DNA of 63,947 nucleotides, filler included, from It is 14 parts of 14 records of this genome, joined end to end, with 100 filler letters (N's around TTAATTAATTAA, not from the genome) between each part and the next. Parts side by side here need not be neighbours in the genome. Positions count along the whole stretch, not along the records: positions 60,281 to 63,947 come from SRR7504441_62989; 13 more parts are not named here. One strand, 5' to 3'. Shown piece by piece: positions 60,937 to 63,947 of this stretch (position 1 is its first letter; each line of letters starts with the position of its first letter). The notes under the pieces were generated by a model. It saw only the letters and a program-made list of their open reading frames with translations, ran no database searches and was not told where the DNA came from. The position numbers and the translations under genes were made by a program.

Positions 60937-61170
60937 TTACATTAAATAATTACACTAGCTGTCTTATTGTTGTTTAAGATCTCAATGTGTCCCGCGTACA
61001 TGAATTGCACTGGATGGATGAGGATCAATAGATAATGCCGACGTCAATGCTAATACTGCTAAGAGACTTACAACTGTAATGTTAATGTTATGTCATGCAC
61101 AGTAAATAAACAAACAATTGCAAGTTACTTCCAGCTAGCTGAGAGAGCCTGATCACTATTTGCACACGGT

Positions 61171-63791
61171 TTATTTCTCTTCTTCTTGGCGCTGCTGTCC
61201 CGCAGCTGCTGGCAGCAGCCGCATTGCAATAGTCAGGGGCACTTGGTTCTCCTTGGTGTAGAGAAGCACTCTGACAATTGATAGCTGCCGGAGTTCGCAC
61301 CTGGCCGGGCCCGATGCACCCCGTGTTGCGCAGCCTTTCCAGTTCAGCGACAGCGTCTTGGTAGTATCATTCCACTGGTGTGTCTCGAGCAGAGGCCCAC
61401 AGTCGTCAACGTAACACTTTGTCTCAATATCAAACCCAACGGCCAGGCATGTTAGGTACTTCTCACCGAGACCCATCACCACAGCGTCGACCTCCAGCGG
61501 GTTGGACCTCAGTGAGACCGCTAGGAACACATAGGTACTGTCCTCTTGGGCCTTGCGAGCCATTTGTTTCTTCTCATTGCAGTGTAGGCACACATTGCTA
61601 AGCTGCTTCTGCCGCTCGGCCGTAAGTGTCTGTACCGCAGCAACAGCGTCCCCACTCTCCGGCTGCTCTTGCCACTTCCGAGCCTGCTTCTCAGCTGTTG
61701 GCTGACAAGTTGCAATAAACCGTACAGTGAGCGCCTGAGCTGGCCCGCTCGCGGCGGCCAGATCGATTGCATTCTGGACCTGCACGGCCGGATCTCAGCC
61801 AGCGAGTGATTGGCGGGCTCACCAGTCTATGGACCGCCAAGTCAGGATAACGCCGGATGGGCGAAGTAAAGTGCGTGTACCTGTCCATCGCAAGCGCGTA
61901 GTGCCCCCACATCTCCGAAGGGACATCCCCTGTGCAAAAGTAGTTTGCCTGCTGCATCGGCTTGGTGAGCATGTGCGTAAGCACCCGCCGCGCGTGCGGA
62001 TGGAACGTCGCGAGCTGATCTGTCAGTGTATCCTCCAGCGCCTTTGAGCTCGACGTGTCCACCGGCAGCCCGTGCTTCTCGCAGAACTTGGCCACCTCCT
62101 CCAGCCCGTGCTGGAGCGGCGCCTCGTGGTTCCGGAGCAGCGCTATCTGCGGGAACGAGGATGCGATGAACATGGCCACCCGCATGTTGGCGAGCAACAT
62201 GAACTCCTCTATCATCCTGTTGGCCTCCGCTGTCACATAGTTGGAGAACCGGATCGGCCGGCCCTCCTCATTCAGCTCGAAACAAAGCTTGACCTGTGAG
62301 AGCGCAGTGAGTGCTCCGCCAGCAATCCGATTAGCTCGGCGTGTGCTCGCGATACTCCACAGGTCGCGGATCACACGCTCGCAGTCCACGGCGCAAAAGC
62401 CGTTGGTGATAGGGCAATCAGCCAGCGGCTCTGGCTGGCCGTTGATCACTCGCTGGGCGTCTGGATAAGCGCCCTTCCAGCAGGATCGGATCACAGTCCT
62501 CCCAAACCACTCGTCAATCACCTCTCCAGATGGGGTCAGCTCCCAAATCACCTACCGTGCACGTATCAAACGACCGAGCTGGGCGGGGGCGCACCGAGAA
62601 GGCCAGCCGGTCCACGTCTGGGTTGAGAGAGCACAGATCTTCGCACAGCCTTGCAGGCAACATCGGGATGACCTGCGGCCAGTCAGCGCTCCCAGGAAAG
62701 CTTGGTGCCTTCTGGCAGAGGTAGACCGAGGTGGCCCGTTTGGCGGCGTGTTTATCGAGCAGCTGATTGGGCTTGATGAAGTAGGAGACGTCCGCGATGT
62801 GCACCCCAACCTTGAAGTTCCCGTTAGCCAGCCGCTCACACTGCAGTGCGTCATCCAGGTCCTTGGCAGTCGGCGGGTCTACTGTGAATATGCAATCGGC
62901 CCGCAAGTCCCGCCGCTCGGCCAGAATTTGCTCCGGGATGGTCCAGCCCTCCCCGAACTGCTCCTCCAGTTCTAGCAACACCGCCTCGTCTACCGGTGAG
63001 GCGTCTACTTCATGCCGGAGAAGCAGCGCCTGCGTTTCGCTCTCAATGTCGCCAAACTCGCCCTCAAAGTCGCCCAGCTTGCCCATCGGCAGGTGGTCGC
63101 CGCTCTCCCACCTCACAAAGCTGCACGAGCGCATCTTCTTGTCGTGCTGCCAGCCCTCGGGGCACTGGTGGCTAGGAACAAAGAAGCGCGTCACAGCCGG
63201 GTCCACCGGGACAAAATTGGCCTGGCCGCCGCTGTGTGCCACTAACGTCCCGGTGTACACCCGGCTGCGGTCGCCTTCTAGAATGCTCACCACCTCCCCC
63301 TTGGCCTGCAGCTCGCCCTGCCGCGCGTGTTCCACCAGCGCCTCGGCCGGCTCGCTAGTGGGCAACCCAGACAGGTCGACCTCCGCCCCGTCGCGGCTGC
63401 GCCATTCCGGACGGGCCATGAGCCGCACCGCCACAATGTCCCCGCCGAACGCCCGGTTCCGGGCAGCGTAGCTGTCCAGCAGCACATCGTGTGGGATGCC
63501 CTCCACCTTGCAGTATGCCTCCTGGGTCTTCTTGGCGTTGATCCGGAGCTTTCCCTGGACCAGCTGGCCGCCCGCCAGCAGCTCGGCCGCCCTGTCGCTC
63601 GGGATGTGCTCGCAAGGAAACTTGCTGGTCCGCGGCCTGTGCCCGCTGGTCGTGTTGCCTTTCCCGCCTCGGTGCCCGGATTTGCCGCCCTTGCCGCGGC
63701 CGGACCCGCTCTGGTTCCCGGATTTGCCGCCCTTACCCCGGCCGGAGTTGGACTTGCCCCCCTTGCCTCGCTTTGCGTCGCCTCCTCCCAT
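61171..63791 (-). CDS. DIS3L2: DIS3-like exonuclease 2 (RNase II/R family)
   Basis: No PIN domain; GKLRINAK..EAY, RNRAF.GDIVAV, FTVDPPTAKDLDDAL, VGVHIADVS, RATSVYL, IEEFMLLAN, YTHFTSPIRRYPD. Confidence 0.9.
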
Positions 63792-63947
63792 TGATCGGCT
63801 GCTGGTTTGCCGGTGTACCGGGAGAGACCGGCAGGGTCTTCAACGTCCGTTATCGTCCGTTACTGAAGGCTGTCTGTAGGGACACTCCGGAGTGCCACCA
63901 CATCGACGGAGCCTGTTGCTGCAATGTTGGACGCGACCAAGTCCATG

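Noticed and set aside
1-63947. rRNA, tRNA, transposase, integrase or viral genes
   Set aside because: No recognisable signatures by eye; a covariance-model scan was not possible.

Overview
Eukaryotic, GC-rich protist DNA: 14 short contigs joined by 13 artificial 100-nt linkers (N44-TTAATTAATTAA-N44), probably a metagenome- or single-cell-assembled genome. I cannot assign the taxon. It is very gene-dense (about 36 genes), with tiny spliceosomal introns (mostly ~35-57 nt), many with GC donors, and divergent gene pairs whose ATGs lie only 24-130 nt apart. Recognisable genes: beta-COP, TRM6, DIS3L2, a HELQ/POLQ-type helicase with an N-terminal FHA domain, an ABCC transporter, GH3 and GH78 glycosidases, a papain-family protease, p23, a COMM-domain protein and a calmodulin-like protein. 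Main findings: (1) a clean 550-bp inversion inside a secreted PAN/coiled-coil gene, whose reversal restores the frame at both junctions; (2) a selenoprotein U/PRXL2A gene missed by the ORF track, with an in-frame TGA in RRPG-U-xxC and a SECIS in its 3' UTR; (3) a polycystin channel fused to tandem ryanodine-receptor repeats (PKDRR type); (4) frequent GC-AG micro-introns; (5) a recurrent Myb-like TCCGTTAC element upstream of start codons; (6) a secreted coiled-coil/EGF protein ending in a biomphalysin-small-lobe-like domain. Family calls come from motif recognition by eye; no searches were run.
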